From: an uncultured Flavobacteriaceae bacterium
GTDB lineage: Bacteria > Bacteroidota > Bacteroidia > Flavobacteriales > Flavobacteriaceae
DNA length: 64,000 bases
Reading direction: 5' to 3'
Assembly: GCA_964586115.1 (NCBI GenBank)
Contig: CAZPHF010000001.1
Span: forward strand, 9,766 to 73,765
A program made the position numbers and the translations under genes. Under the pieces are notes generated by a model. It saw only the letters and a list, made by a program, of their open reading frames with translations. It was not told where the DNA came from and ran no database searches. Within the stretch, counting starts at the first letter, position 1. Each line of letters opens with the position of its first letter. Shown here one piece after another: positions 29,354 to 38,925 of the stretch.

Positions 29354-30529
29354 ATGATTGAAACCAAAAACGAATACAGAACAGATTTTTCTCATGATAA
29401 AAGAATACTAGGACAATTTTACGGCACTGATAATGGCCCTACAGTCATTATATTCGCCGGTATTCATGGAAATGAAAAAGCAGGCGTACATGCTTCAGAT
29501 AAGGTCATACGGAAAATCAATGAAAGACATATAAAGTTCAAAGGAAATCTCCATATTCTTCTAGGGAATATCAATGCCTTGGGCAAAGGTGTTCGATTTG
29601 AAAAAGTTGATTTGAACAGGATCTGGCAAAAGGAGCACATTGAGGAGTTAGAGACTCGCATGGGTAAATTTTCTCCAGAAGAAAGGGAGCAGTGGGATAT
29701 TCTGAATATCATCAGGCATATATTGCTGCATGAATCCGGCCCTTTTTATTTTTTGGACCTTCATACAACATCATCTTCTTCGATACCTTTTATTACCATA
29801 AGTGATTCACTAAATAATAGAAAGTTTTCTTCTAATTTTCCTATACCTGTTGTTTTGGGAATAGAAGAGTACCTCGATGGTCCGTTACTGACTTTTATCA
29901 ATGAATATGGTCATGTCGCCTTAGGATTTGAAGGAGGGTCTCATGATGCAGTATCTTCCATTGTAAATTGCGAAGCCTTCATATGGAAAGCTCTTGTGCA
30001 TTCAAAATGTTTAGATAAATCGGAATTGACTGATTATGACCAATATAAAAACATATTATCAAACCTTTGTTGTGAGTATCAGTTCTTTGCCATCAAATAC
30101 CGCTATGAATTAAAAGAACAAGAACAGTTTTCCATGAGATCAGGATTCGAGAATTTTGAACTTATAGAAAGAAATGAGTTTTTAGCAAAAAGTAATGGTG
30201 AGGATATCATGGCACCTAGAAGTGGGCGTATTTTCATGCCTTTATATCAGGAATTGGGGGAGGACGGTTTTTTTATCCTTAGCAGAATTTCCAAATTCTG
30301 GCTTGGCTTGTCTATCATTGCTCGTAAGATGAAATTTAATAATTTTTTAAGGCTGATTCCAGGGGTTAGGAAGGATCCGGAAAATAGCTATACTTTAATT
30401 GTCAACCCCAGGGTAGCCAGATTTATGACACAACCTGTTTTTCACCTATTTGGTTATAGACAGCAGATTTATAAAGATGACAAACTTCATTTTATCAAAC
30501 GAGACAGAAAAATAACAGAATTTATCTAA
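29354..30529 (+). CDS. Succinylglutamate desuccinylase/aspartoacylase (M14-like Zn) family hydrolase
   Basis: GIHGNE, DLNR, DLHT, GFEGG; starts 3 bp after the ligase stop. Confidence 0.85.
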   Translation: MIETKNEYRTDFSHDKRILGQFYGTDNGPTVIIFAGIHGNEKAGVHASDKVIRKINERHIKFKGNLHILLGNINALGKGVRFEKVDLNRIWQKEHIEELETRMGKFSPEEREQWDILNIIRHILLHESGPFYFLDLHTTSSSSIPFITISDSLNNRKFSSNFPIPVVLGIEEYLDGPLLTFINEYGHVALGFEGGSHDAVSSIVNCEAFIWKALVHSKCLDKSELTDYDQYKNILSNLCCEYQFFAIKYRYELKEQEQFSMRSGFENFELIERNEFLAKSNGEDIMAPRSGRIFMPLYQELGEDGFFILSRISKFWLGLSIIARKMKFNNFLRLIPGVRKDPENSYTLIVNPRVARFMTQPVFHLFGYRQQIYKDDKLHFIKRDRKITEFI

Positions 30530-30549
30530 TTGAGATGCAACATCGATTT

Positions 30550-31293
30550 CTAGTTCAGGTAATGTTTTAATATACCTAAGGCGTATTTACTAGCGATCTC
30601 CTTAGCAAATTTTGGAAAATCAATATGCGCATTGTGATTGGCATTATCTGAAATTGTTCTTATAATAGAAAAAGGGACTTTATATTCAAAGCATACCTGA
30701 GCTACTGCCGCTCCTTCCATTTCCACACATTTTACGGTTGGCAGACCCGATAGAATTTTAAGACTTTGCTTGGTAGATGAAATGAATTGGTCTCCAGAAG
30801 CGATATCTCCAACGTGAATTTTTGGCGTCCTGATTTGAAAGATTGCTAATTGCTCTTTTGAGAGAAACTCATTTTTATTTTGCAAAAATTGATCACTCGC
30901 TTGAGCAAGTTGATTTCTTTTTTCAACATGGGTGCTGAAGGCACTTTTTCCTAAAAGAGGTACTTCAAAGGCACTGACTAGCGGACTACCGTCCATATCA
31001 TGTTGGTAAAGATCTTTTCCAATGACAATGTCTCCGACAAAAATATCAGGTTGAACGCCTCCTGCAACTCCTGTAAAAATGATTTCATCCACATCAAAAT
31101 CATTGATCAATTGGGTAGCTGTGGTAGCCGAGGCCACCTTGCCCCAACGTGAGAAGACCAGTATTACTTTTTTACCAAAAAGCCTTCCCTGATAATAAGT
31201 TCGCATCCCTTTGATCATTTTATTTTCAACTTGCAGTAGGATCTGTAAGGCTTCGATCTCTTCCGGCATGGCGCTAATAATCCCGATGTACAT
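30550..31293 (-). CDS. mtnN: 5'-methylthioadenosine/S-adenosylhomocysteine nucleosidase
   Basis: IGIISAMPEE, GKV, GDQF, VEMEGAAVAQVC, RTISDNA. Confidence 0.92.
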   Translation of the reverse strand: MYIGIISAMPEEIEALQILLQVENKMIKGMRTYYQGRLFGKKVILVFSRWGKVASATTATQLINDFDVDEIIFTGVAGGVQPDIFVGDIVIGKDLYQHDMDGSPLVSAFEVPLLGKSAFSTHVEKRNQLAQASDQFLQNKNEFLSKEQLAIFQIRTPKIHVGDIASGDQFISSTKQSLKILSGLPTVKCVEMEGAAVAQVCFEYKVPFSIIRTISDNANHNAHIDFPKFAKEIASKYALGILKHYLN

Positions 31294-31316
31294 AATAAAA
31301 AAAGAGTAAATAGTGA

Positions 31317-31970
31317 TTAAATGATCTTTCCATCTTTCATTTCGAGTTTCCTGTCGGCCATTTCGGCCAATTCCTGGTTATGCGTGACAATCACAAAGGT
31401 CTGATGGAATTGATCTCTTAGTGTAAAGAAGAGTTCATGAAGGTGTTTGGATGAAGCAGTATCAAGGTTTCCACTTGGCTCATCTGCAAAGATGACATCT
31501 GGTTTATTGATTAAGGCTCTGGCCACAGCAACTCGTTGTTGTTCACCTCCGGAAAGTTCATTGGGTTTGTGTTCTATTCTATCCGAAAGTCCTAGAAAGT
31601 CTAATATTTCAGTAGCTTCTTTTTCTACTTCTTTTTTAGAGCGGTTTGCAATAAACCCAGGAATACATACGTTTTCCAGAGCTGTAAATTCTGGTAATAA
31701 TTGATGAAACTGAAAAATAAAACCTATATGCTTGTTCCTGAATTTTGAAAGGGCCTTGTCATTTAGTTTTTTTATATCAGTATCGTCAATAGTTAAGGCA
31801 TCAGAATAAGAGGGTTTGTCTAAGGTGCCCAGAATTTGTAATAAGGTTGTTTTACCTGCGCCACTCGGTCCAATAATCGCAACGATCTCACTCTTTTTGA
31901 TATGTAAGTCAACCCCTTTTAGGACCTCTAATTCACCGTAGTATTTATGGATGTTCTCAGCTTTAATCAT
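31317..31970 (-). CDS. lolD: ABC ATP-binding protein, LolD-like
   Basis: [43 protein letters not shown]. LolD assignment is probable, not certain. Confidence 0.75.
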   Translation of the reverse strand: MIKAENIHKYYGELEVLKGVDLHIKKSEIVAIIGPSGAGKTTLLQILGTLDKPSYSDALTIDDTDIKKLNDKALSKFRNKHIGFIFQFHQLLPEFTALENVCIPGFIANRSKKEVEKEATEILDFLGLSDRIEHKPNELSGGEQQRVAVARALINKPDVIFADEPSGNLDTASSKHLHELFFTLRDQFHQTFVIVTHNQELAEMADRKLEMKDGKII

Positions 31971-32061
31971 TTGGATAAAATATGCGGGTGAAATTACAAT
32001 AAATTAGTGAGTTCCCAAAGATGGTATCAACTCATATAAACCTATTCTTTCGAGCTTATTA

Positions 32062-34485
32062 CTAAGAATTGTCTTTTTTAACCCAACGCTTAACATTATT
32101 GTAATCAAGGAAATAGATTAGTTTCACTGATAGAAGGTGTCCGCTAGGTTGTTCTAAGAGCTCGGATAAATTTTCGCCAAATGATAAAAAAGACCTGTCA
32201 TCGTCGCTTTGAATCGAATTCCTGTATAAGGCAACTAGTTCGCTTCCTCTTGTAAATTGCCAAACATATCGTAGATCCAGATTCCAGCTATTAAAATTGA
32301 GATCGTTGTTCTCATTATATGGATGAGTTGATAAATAGCCATCTTCACCCAGTTCATAGTATTGCTCCTGATAGGCTACTGTAGACCAATAATGTCTAAA
32401 CGACATGCTTACGGAAGACTTGTCGTTGAAACTATATTTACTTGAAAAACTATTTTCAATTTGATTGTTTTGCCTGACTCCAAAAATAATGGTTTCATCA
32501 TCTAAAGTATCAACATATCCTGGTTGGTTGAAACTTTGCTCAAGGGTGAACCCATAGGCAAATTCCAATTTATCATTGACTCTGAATCTTGGACCAAGGC
32601 CTAATTCATAGGAATATTCATTGGTTCCATATCTATCTCTATATTGGAGGCTAGTTTCAAAAGCAAGTCTTTTCCTGAAATCCGAAGAGAAATAACCTTC
32701 GGAACGAAATTGTCCATTCCGTTTCCAAAAGCGCCCTTCTGTTCTCGGTTCAAAGAAATCAACTCTCTCTCCAATGTTAGTGCCTAGCTCAAAGCCATAA
32801 GACAATTGTTTTAAATTTGTAGCAAAAAAATCGATTTCGGTATAGTTACTGGTCGTTACACTGGGCTCATACCTTCTGAAATGACCTCCAAAGAAACTTA
32901 TTCTTAAAAAGTTAAAATGCTTGGTTGGTTTAAATATTCTATAAGAAACGTTTCCCGTAAAATCATTGAAATTATTGGTGCGCTGAAAACCCAGATCATT
33001 CTTGTCATAAGTATCATCTGCAAACCGGTGCCTGAGACTATATCTTATTTGACCTTTGGTTTTTTCGAATTCTAATCTTGACGCAAATCCGCTTTCATTC
33101 TCACCGTTTTCACTAATGTTACTCATACTCCCGTCACCACTGAGTCTGTAAGCATTTGATCCGTTCGCCAGACTGAATACCAAAGACGATACATTGGCAT
33201 CTCTAAAATTACCTTCCCTCAATACATTAGTGTTTACCAATGAAATAAATGAATTCTTATTGAATTCCTGATCGATAACAAATACGTTATAATTGGTTAA
33301 GGGTTCCGTTTTAATTTTTGTAGTTTCTCCGGTAAGCGTATCTTTAACAGTTGCATAGGTGTTTTCAGTAACCGCATTGAGCACACCAACGCCCAATCCT
33401 TTCTGGGATCTTCCTGTTACCTTTACGGAATTGAGTACCTTTACCTCATCAGGGTTATTAACAATTTCTTCATCGTCATAATCATCCTCAATGTCTTCAC
33501 TGCCCACCGGAGAATTTCCTATCCTTCTTGAAAAGAAAAGATTCCCTTTTTCAAGTAAGTCAGCTCCTTCTATAAAAAATTGTCTTTGTTCTGAAAAAAC
33601 CTGTTCAAAAGGACCCAGATTCAAAACAACGTTATCAAAACCCGCTTGGGAAAAATCAGGAACCAATGTTGCAAACAAGGTAAAATTATCTGTAATACCA
33701 TATTTGACATCCATTCCAAAATTGAGATTGGTATCCGTATTTCCATCATTGCTGTCAAGAACAAATGATGCAAAAGGAGAAAAGCTTAATCGGGTAGGGG
33801 GAGATATATCTTTTAGTCCTGTCAAAATTCCTGCATATTGAGATGGTCTTCCTGTTGATTTATCAATGTAATTCCAAACATATTGTTCTCGGGTACTCTC
33901 AATTCGTCTATGAATATTTAGCCCCCAGGTCATGTCTTTACCATCAGCAAATCTCAATGCAGCATATGGGATCTTCATTTCAACATACCAGCCTTTTTCA
34001 TCAAATGACACTTCACTGAACCAAACTTCACTCCAACTAAAATCTTCGCCATTAGCAGGTGACACCTGCGCGTCTAACTGAGTTGCCCCGGCAGAAACAA
34101 AAAATTCATATTCATTTTGTCCGTCATTATTAGGACTAATCCCTAAAGCAAAGAAATCTGAAGTTCCCAGGTTATCTCTTTCACTGAGTTGTCTCATGAT
34201 TTTATTGGGCTCTGAATCATATAAATAAGCTCCTATATAAATAGCTTGATTGTCGTATAAGATCTTAACCTCGGTTTTTTGATTCTCCGGCTCAGGATCG
34301 CCATCTCCTGGTCTGAACATGACAAAATCTTTGGCTATGGCAGCCTCGTTCCATGCTGCATCATCTAGTTTTCCATCAATCACTGGTGGCTCTTGAATTC
34401 TGGAAGCCTGCAATTCTTTTTTTGTTGCTTGTGCACTTAAGCTCAAAGCTGAGATTAGAAAAAAAAGGAGAAAAAATTGTCTCAT
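32062..34485 (-). CDS. Outer-membrane protein: CBM9-like N-domain plus DUF5916 beta-barrel
   Basis: Signal peptide; PVIDGKLDDAAW, YVEMKIPYAALRF, PDFSQ, EQRQFFIEG, LFFSRRIG. Confidence 0.8.
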   Translation of the reverse strand: MRQFFLLFFLISALSLSAQATKKELQASRIQEPPVIDGKLDDAAWNEAAIAKDFVMFRPGDGDPEPENQKTEVKILYDNQAIYIGAYLYDSEPNKIMRQLSERDNLGTSDFFALGISPNNDGQNEYEFFVSAGATQLDAQVSPANGEDFSWSEVWFSEVSFDEKGWYVEMKIPYAALRFADGKDMTWGLNIHRRIESTREQYVWNYIDKSTGRPSQYAGILTGLKDISPPTRLSFSPFASFVLDSNDGNTDTNLNFGMDVKYGITDNFTLFATLVPDFSQAGFDNVVLNLGPFEQVFSEQRQFFIEGADLLEKGNLFFSRRIGNSPVGSEDIEDDYDDEEIVNNPDEVKVLNSVKVTGRSQKGLGVGVLNAVTENTYATVKDTLTGETTKIKTEPLTNYNVFVIDQEFNKNSFISLVNTNVLREGNFRDANVSSLVFSLANGSNAYRLSGDGSMSNISENGENESGFASRLEFEKTKGQIRYSLRHRFADDTYDKNDLGFQRTNNFNDFTGNVSYRIFKPTKHFNFLRISFFGGHFRRYEPSVTTSNYTEIDFFATNLKQLSYGFELGTNIGERVDFFEPRTEGRFWKRNGQFRSEGYFSSDFRKRLAFETSLQYRDRYGTNEYSYELGLGPRFRVNDKLEFAYGFTLEQSFNQPGYVDTLDDETIIFGVRQNNQIENSFSSKYSFNDKSSVSMSFRHYWSTVAYQEQYYELGEDGYLSTHPYNENNDLNFNSWNLDLRYVWQFTRGSELVALYRNSIQSDDDRSFLSFGENLSELLEQPSGHLLSVKLIYFLDYNNVKRWVKKDNS

Positions 34486-34696
34486 TAACAGGAGATATCT
34501 TAAGTAAATTTCAATGTACGAAAGTATATAGGTGTTGCATAAAACTGTCTTAAGGAACTGTTAAACTATTCTAATTTTTACAAGATATTTAGCCTGTTTT
34601 ATATGATGTATGAGTACAAAATAAATAAGGTAGGCATTCCTTGTATCTCAATTAAATACTTACTTTTGTACATCTCATAATATAAAGGACTTATTC

Positions 34697-35890
34697 ATGA
34701 ACTTACACGAATATCAAGGAAAAGAAATTTTAAATAGTTTCGGCGTAAAAATACAGCGTGGGATGGTTGCAGATAACCATAAAAAGGCAGTAGAAGCCGC
34801 TAAGTTATTAGCCACAGAAACAGGCACAGGCTGGTGGATAATTAAAGCTCAGATCCATGCAGGTGGACGAGGAAAAGGTGGCGGTGTCAAATTGGCTAAA
34901 AATTTAGCTGAAGTTGAAAGTATTTCAAAAGACATCATTGGCATGATGTTGAAAACACCACAGACCTCAGCGGAAGGTAAGAAGGTTAATCAAGTGTTGA
35001 TTGCTGAAGACGTTTATTATCCCGGTGACAATGAACCAGAAGAATATTACATGTCTGTTTTGCTGAACAGAGGAACTGGTAAGAATATGATCATGTATTC
35101 TACTGAAGGAGGAATGGATATTGAAACTGTGGCGGAAGAAACCCCACACTTAATTTTTACGGAAGAGGTAGATCCTGGAGCAGGTCTTTTAGGTTTCCAG
35201 GCAAGAAAAATAGCGTTTAACCTTGGCTTATCAGGGAAGGCATTTAAAGAGATGGTGAGGTTTGTGATGTCTTTATATAAGGCTTATGTAGAATCTGATG
35301 CTTCTTTGTTTGAGATCAATCCTGTATTGAAAACCTCAGATGATATGGTACTTGCTGTAGACGCCAAAGTAACCTTAGATGACAATGCTATGTTCAGACA
35401 TAAGGACTATCAGGGTCTCAGAGATCTTAGAGAAGAAAACCCAATAGAAGTTGAAGCAAATGCCGTGGGCTTGAATTACGTTGATCTTGACGGTAATGTT
35501 GGTTGTATGGTTAATGGAGCCGGTTTGGCTATGAGTACCATGGATTTGATCAAACAATCGGGTGGTGAACCTGCCAACTTTCTTGACGTAGGTGGTACAG
35601 CTGACGCAGAAAGGGTTGAAACCGGGTTTAGGATCATTTTAAGAGATCCTAAGGTAAAAGCCATATTGGTGAATATATTCGGAGGTATTGTAAGATGCGA
35701 CAGAGTAGCTCAGGGAATTGTAGATGCTTATAAGAATATGGGAGATGCAATTAAGGTTCCCATTATTGTAAGACTTCAGGGTACTAATGCTGTTGAGGCC
35801 AAGAAGTTGATCGATAGTAGCGGATTGGATGTGATTTCTGTGGTAGAATTTAAGGAAGCTGCAAATAAAGTACAGGAAGTTCTGGGATAA
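34697..35890 (+). CDS. sucC: Succinyl-CoA synthetase beta subunit
   Basis: [53 protein letters not shown]. Confidence 0.97.
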   Translation: MNLHEYQGKEILNSFGVKIQRGMVADNHKKAVEAAKLLATETGTGWWIIKAQIHAGGRGKGGGVKLAKNLAEVESISKDIIGMMLKTPQTSAEGKKVNQVLIAEDVYYPGDNEPEEYYMSVLLNRGTGKNMIMYSTEGGMDIETVAEETPHLIFTEEVDPGAGLLGFQARKIAFNLGLSGKAFKEMVRFVMSLYKAYVESDASLFEINPVLKTSDDMVLAVDAKVTLDDNAMFRHKDYQGLRDLREENPIEVEANAVGLNYVDLDGNVGCMVNGAGLAMSTMDLIKQSGGEPANFLDVGGTADAERVETGFRIILRDPKVKAILVNIFGGIVRCDRVAQGIVDAYKNMGDAIKVPIIVRLQGTNAVEAKKLIDSSGLDVISVVEFKEAANKVQEVLG

Positions 35891-35916
35891 TTTCAGACTT
35901 TTTGATTATATGATAG

Positions 35917-35948
35917 AAGAGACCTGATTAATTTCAGGTCTTTTTTTT
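35917..35948 (+). terminator. Intrinsic terminator after sucC
   Basis: GACCTGA-ttaatt-TCAGGTC followed by T8. Confidence 0.88.
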
Positions 35949-36549
35949 GTTTAATGGCTCAATTTAAGGAACTCAAAAAATGCGGTTTATACAATTTTTT
36001 GAATTCTTGCAAGAAAAATTTATCACAACAAGAGATAATTTGACCAATAAATCATCATTTTTAAGTGTTTTTTACTTACCCGTTTTCCCCTAAGGTTGTA
36101 TGCAAATAAAAAAATATTTCATTAAAAATCACCTGGAGAATCAAAGTCATATCTTAGTATAGTGTCAAAATAAATAAGTTAAAACACTGATATTTATTTA
36201 GTTGTGCTAAATAAGGAGTGGCGTGAAGTTTCTAGTTGTTTTCGGGGATATTTGGAATTCCCATTTTTATCTATTGTTTAATACTTGTAATCTGACTTAC
36301 ATTTGAACTATGGTTTTCAAGTGAAATCATATTCTTTAACAAACGATTCGATTTAATAATAAAATATGAGATAACATTACTTTCTTACATCAGGAACAAA
36401 ATATTGATCAACAGTTAATAGCAGATCATTTATAAGTTCACTTTAGAAAATCAATCTCGATTTATTAAATCTCTTTACTTACAATTTTTCCTAATTTGAA
36501 ATAATACGCAAACTTTGAATTGCTAATTATTAACATAAATATTTCAATT

Positions 36550-36894
36550 ATGAAAAAGATAACTTTATTCTTCGCATTAAGCTTTGTAAGTCTGATAGGA
36601 TTTGCACAAGAATCTAAAAACTCAACAAATCTTGAAACTGAATCTTTAAAACGTCATACGGAATACATTATTGTATTAGACGATACTACTGTAGGAGATA
36701 ATATTGATATATTATTGAATAACAGTATGATAACTGAGGATATTCAATTGAATTTTAACGATCATGAGTTAGTTCATGACGCTCCGGATGCTTTAGACAT
36801 AGAAAGTAAATTTGTTGAAGGTGCTTTCACTTATAATGAATATGCATTGATCTATACGGCAGACCCTACTGAAATAAGTGGTTTAAAATCATAA
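36550..36894 (+). CDS. Small secreted acidic hypothetical protein (array member 1)
   Basis: ATG 36550; signal peptide MKKITLFFALSFVSLIGFA|Q; shares the (N/D)HELVH motif with the next genes. Confidence 0.7.
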   Translation: MKKITLFFALSFVSLIGFAQESKNSTNLETESLKRHTEYIIVLDDTTVGDNIDILLNNSMITEDIQLNFNDHELVHDAPDALDIESKFVEGAFTYNEYALIYTADPTEISGLKS

Positions 36895-36974
36895 TTCAAT
36901 ACTATTCAAGAAAGTTATCTTCCCAATCACAAATATAGAACCATTAATATATAATCATTTAAAAAACATAAACC

Positions 36975-37358
36975 ATGAAAAAATTACTATTTATCATAGC
37001 CATTACTTTAACAGGATTTTCAACCTATGCCCAACAAACTACAGAAGCTGCAAAGGCAACTATTACCAAATATGTCACGACATTTCCAAATGGAGATGAA
37101 GCGATAACCATTACGGATAAGTCTAGTTCAAGTTCACTTGAATTGTCATCTGCGGATAATTTTTACAAATATGAAATTCTCGAAACAGCTAATCACGAAT
37201 TGGTCCATGGTCAAAATAATAAAGGAAAGATCTGTGCCATAGACAAGACAAAATTAGAGGAAGGAACCTATACTTTAAAAGTGTATACAGATGATTTCGT
37301 GATCACATCGGATATCACCATCTCTAACGATGATGCAACAGACGGAAGTATTCAATAA
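36975..37358 (+). CDS. Small secreted protein, T9SS-CTD-like module (array member 2)
   Basis: Signal peptide ...STYA|Q; TFPNG...YEILE...IDKTKLEEGTYTLKV pattern. Confidence 0.8.
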   Translation: MKKLLFIIAITLTGFSTYAQQTTEAAKATITKYVTTFPNGDEAITITDKSSSSSLELSSADNFYKYEILETANHELVHGQNNKGKICAIDKTKLEEGTYTLKVYTDDFVITSDITISNDDATDGSIQ

Positions 37359-37398
37359 TCATAAACCTATTAATTAAAAACATTAAAGAACAACTATT

Positions 37399-37788
37399 AT
37401 GAAAAATTTAATCTTATTATTCGCAATATCCATGCTCAGCCTTTCAAGCTATGCACAAACCAACGCAAACAAACAATCTGAAAGAGTTACCAAATATGTA
37501 ACAACCTTCCCGAACGGTGAAGAAGCCATTACCATCACTGATCATTCGGCATCCGACAACCTTAAATTGACATCAGCTGACAATTTCTATAAATACGAAA
37601 TTCTCGAGTCGTCAAATCACGAACTGGTGCATGGATCTAATAACCAGGGGAAGGTATGTAACATAGATAAGAATAACCTTGAGGATGGAACATATACCTT
37701 GAAAGTTTATACAGATGATTTTGTGATTACTTCAGATATCACAATTACGAATGGACTACAAGCTGAATCAGATTCTTCTGTGAATTAA
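37399..37788 (+). CDS. Small secreted protein, paralog of 36975-37358 (array member 3)
   Basis: Signal peptide ...SSYA|Q; 70 of 86 core residues identical to member 2 by manual alignment. Confidence 0.8.
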   Translation: MKNLILLFAISMLSLSSYAQTNANKQSERVTKYVTTFPNGEEAITITDHSASDNLKLTSADNFYKYEILESSNHELVHGSNNQGKVCNIDKNNLEDGTYTLKVYTDDFVITSDITITNGLQAESDSSVN

Positions 37789-37813
37789 GATGATTCTACT
37801 GTAAGACTATTAT

Positions 37814-38161
37814 ATGAAATATATATTCAATTTGTTTATGATGTTTATAGTGTATAACGGATTCTCACAAAATGGTGAGAATAGCAAAAGAAGTAAAATT
37901 ACTACTTTCCCTAATGGAGATGAAGCCATAACCATCATTGAAAATTCAGACACAAATGTGATACAATTAACAAGAACTGAGAATTATAATAAATATGAAA
38001 TGCTTGATTTGTCGAATCATGAAGCAGCTCACCGTTCATCAAAAAAAAGGGGAATTATGAGAACGGAAACAGCAGGTCAGAACGGCTGGAGCTATACGGT
38101 TAGAAATCCTAACAAAGAAGCGAAAGATGAAAAAGATGGTGACGGTTCAGGCAGCAGTTGA
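37814..38161 (+). CDS. Small secreted protein, diverged paralog (array member 4)
   Basis: Signal peptide ...NGFS|Q; TTFPNGDEAITI and KYEMLDLSNHE shared with members 2-3. Confidence 0.7.
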   Translation: MKYIFNLFMMFIVYNGFSQNGENSKRSKITTFPNGDEAITIIENSDTNVIQLTRTENYNKYEMLDLSNHEAAHRSSKKRGIMRTETAGQNGWSYTVRNPNKEAKDEKDGDGSGSS

Positions 38162-38250
38162 GCATAAGTTCTATACCACATTAAACAGATCATGAAGCAG
38201 CATTACCTGCAAGATGATCTTGATTGAAATCACAAATAAAACCTAGAAAA

Positions 38251-38820
38251 ATGAAAAGATTCAATTCACTCACCACAATTCTCGTATTGGTTTTTGGTTT
38301 ATTGTTAAGCCCAACGAGCACGGCACAACTATTCAATGATATGGATAATAATCCACATGATATTGTTTATTACAGACCGTCAGACGAGGGAACACCACAA
38401 ATAAAAGTTATTTATGGACGACCTAAGGCCAAGGATGATAAAGTTTTTGGAACGCAGGTGCCTTATGGAAAGATTTGGAATACAGGTAGTAATGAATCAA
38501 CTGAAGTTAGGTTTTATTGTGATGTTATGTTTGGGAATAAATTTGTAAAAGCAGGAACCTATTCTCTTTACACAATTCCTAACAAGAGCTATTGGATCGT
38601 GATATTGAACGGGAAAACAGATACCTATGGGGCTCATTTTTATGATCCAAAATTTAATATTGCCACCATAGATGTGCCTGCTGTAAAAGGACAGAGCATG
38701 GAGAATTTTTCCATAGGATTTTCGTCAAAAAACTATGGTACACAAATGGTACTGGCATGGGCAGATACCAGGGTCAAAATTCCGTTATATACAGAAGAGC
38801 GACTCATATCAAAAATATAA
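38251..38820 (+). CDS. DUF2911 domain secreted protein
   Basis: ATG 38251; signal peptide; IYGRP, FGTQVPYGKIWNTGSNEST, AGTYSLYTIP, LAWADTRV. Confidence 0.85.
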   Translation: MKRFNSLTTILVLVFGLLLSPTSTAQLFNDMDNNPHDIVYYRPSDEGTPQIKVIYGRPKAKDDKVFGTQVPYGKIWNTGSNESTEVRFYCDVMFGNKFVKAGTYSLYTIPNKSYWIVILNGKTDTYGAHFYDPKFNIATIDVPAVKGQSMENFSIGFSSKNYGTQMVLAWADTRVKIPLYTEERLISKI

Positions 38821-38839
38821 TTATTGATTAATTTGTCTT

Positions 38840-38877
38840 GTTTGTATGAAGGCATCGCCATATGCCTTGGTACAAAC
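38840..38877. terminator. Long imperfect hairpin between convergent genes
   Basis: GTTTGTA-tg-AAGGCAT-cgccat-ATGCCTT-gg-TACAAAC; no clear U-tract. Confidence 0.5.
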
Positions 38878-38925
38878 TAGGAATCAAAAAAAGGGGATTA
38901 TTTTAAAAATAGGTTTATCTATATA

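Noticed and set aside
34516-34539. ECF-like TGCAAC...CGTAC upstream of the DUF5916 gene (minus strand)
   Set aside because: Spacer is 13 bp; 16-17 bp is expected.
35954-36093. Two short ORFs (29 and 37 codons) after the sucC terminator
   Set aside because: No recognisable promoter or motif; expected by chance in AT-rich DNA.
36219-36234. Sigma-54-like TGGCG upstream of the array
   Set aside because: The -12 position reads CT, not GC, at GG-N10.
38041-38048. A8 run in array member 4 as a frameshift or phase-variation site
   Set aside because: The current frame still aligns after the run (SYTVR versus TYTLK), so no frameshift is needed to explain the divergence.
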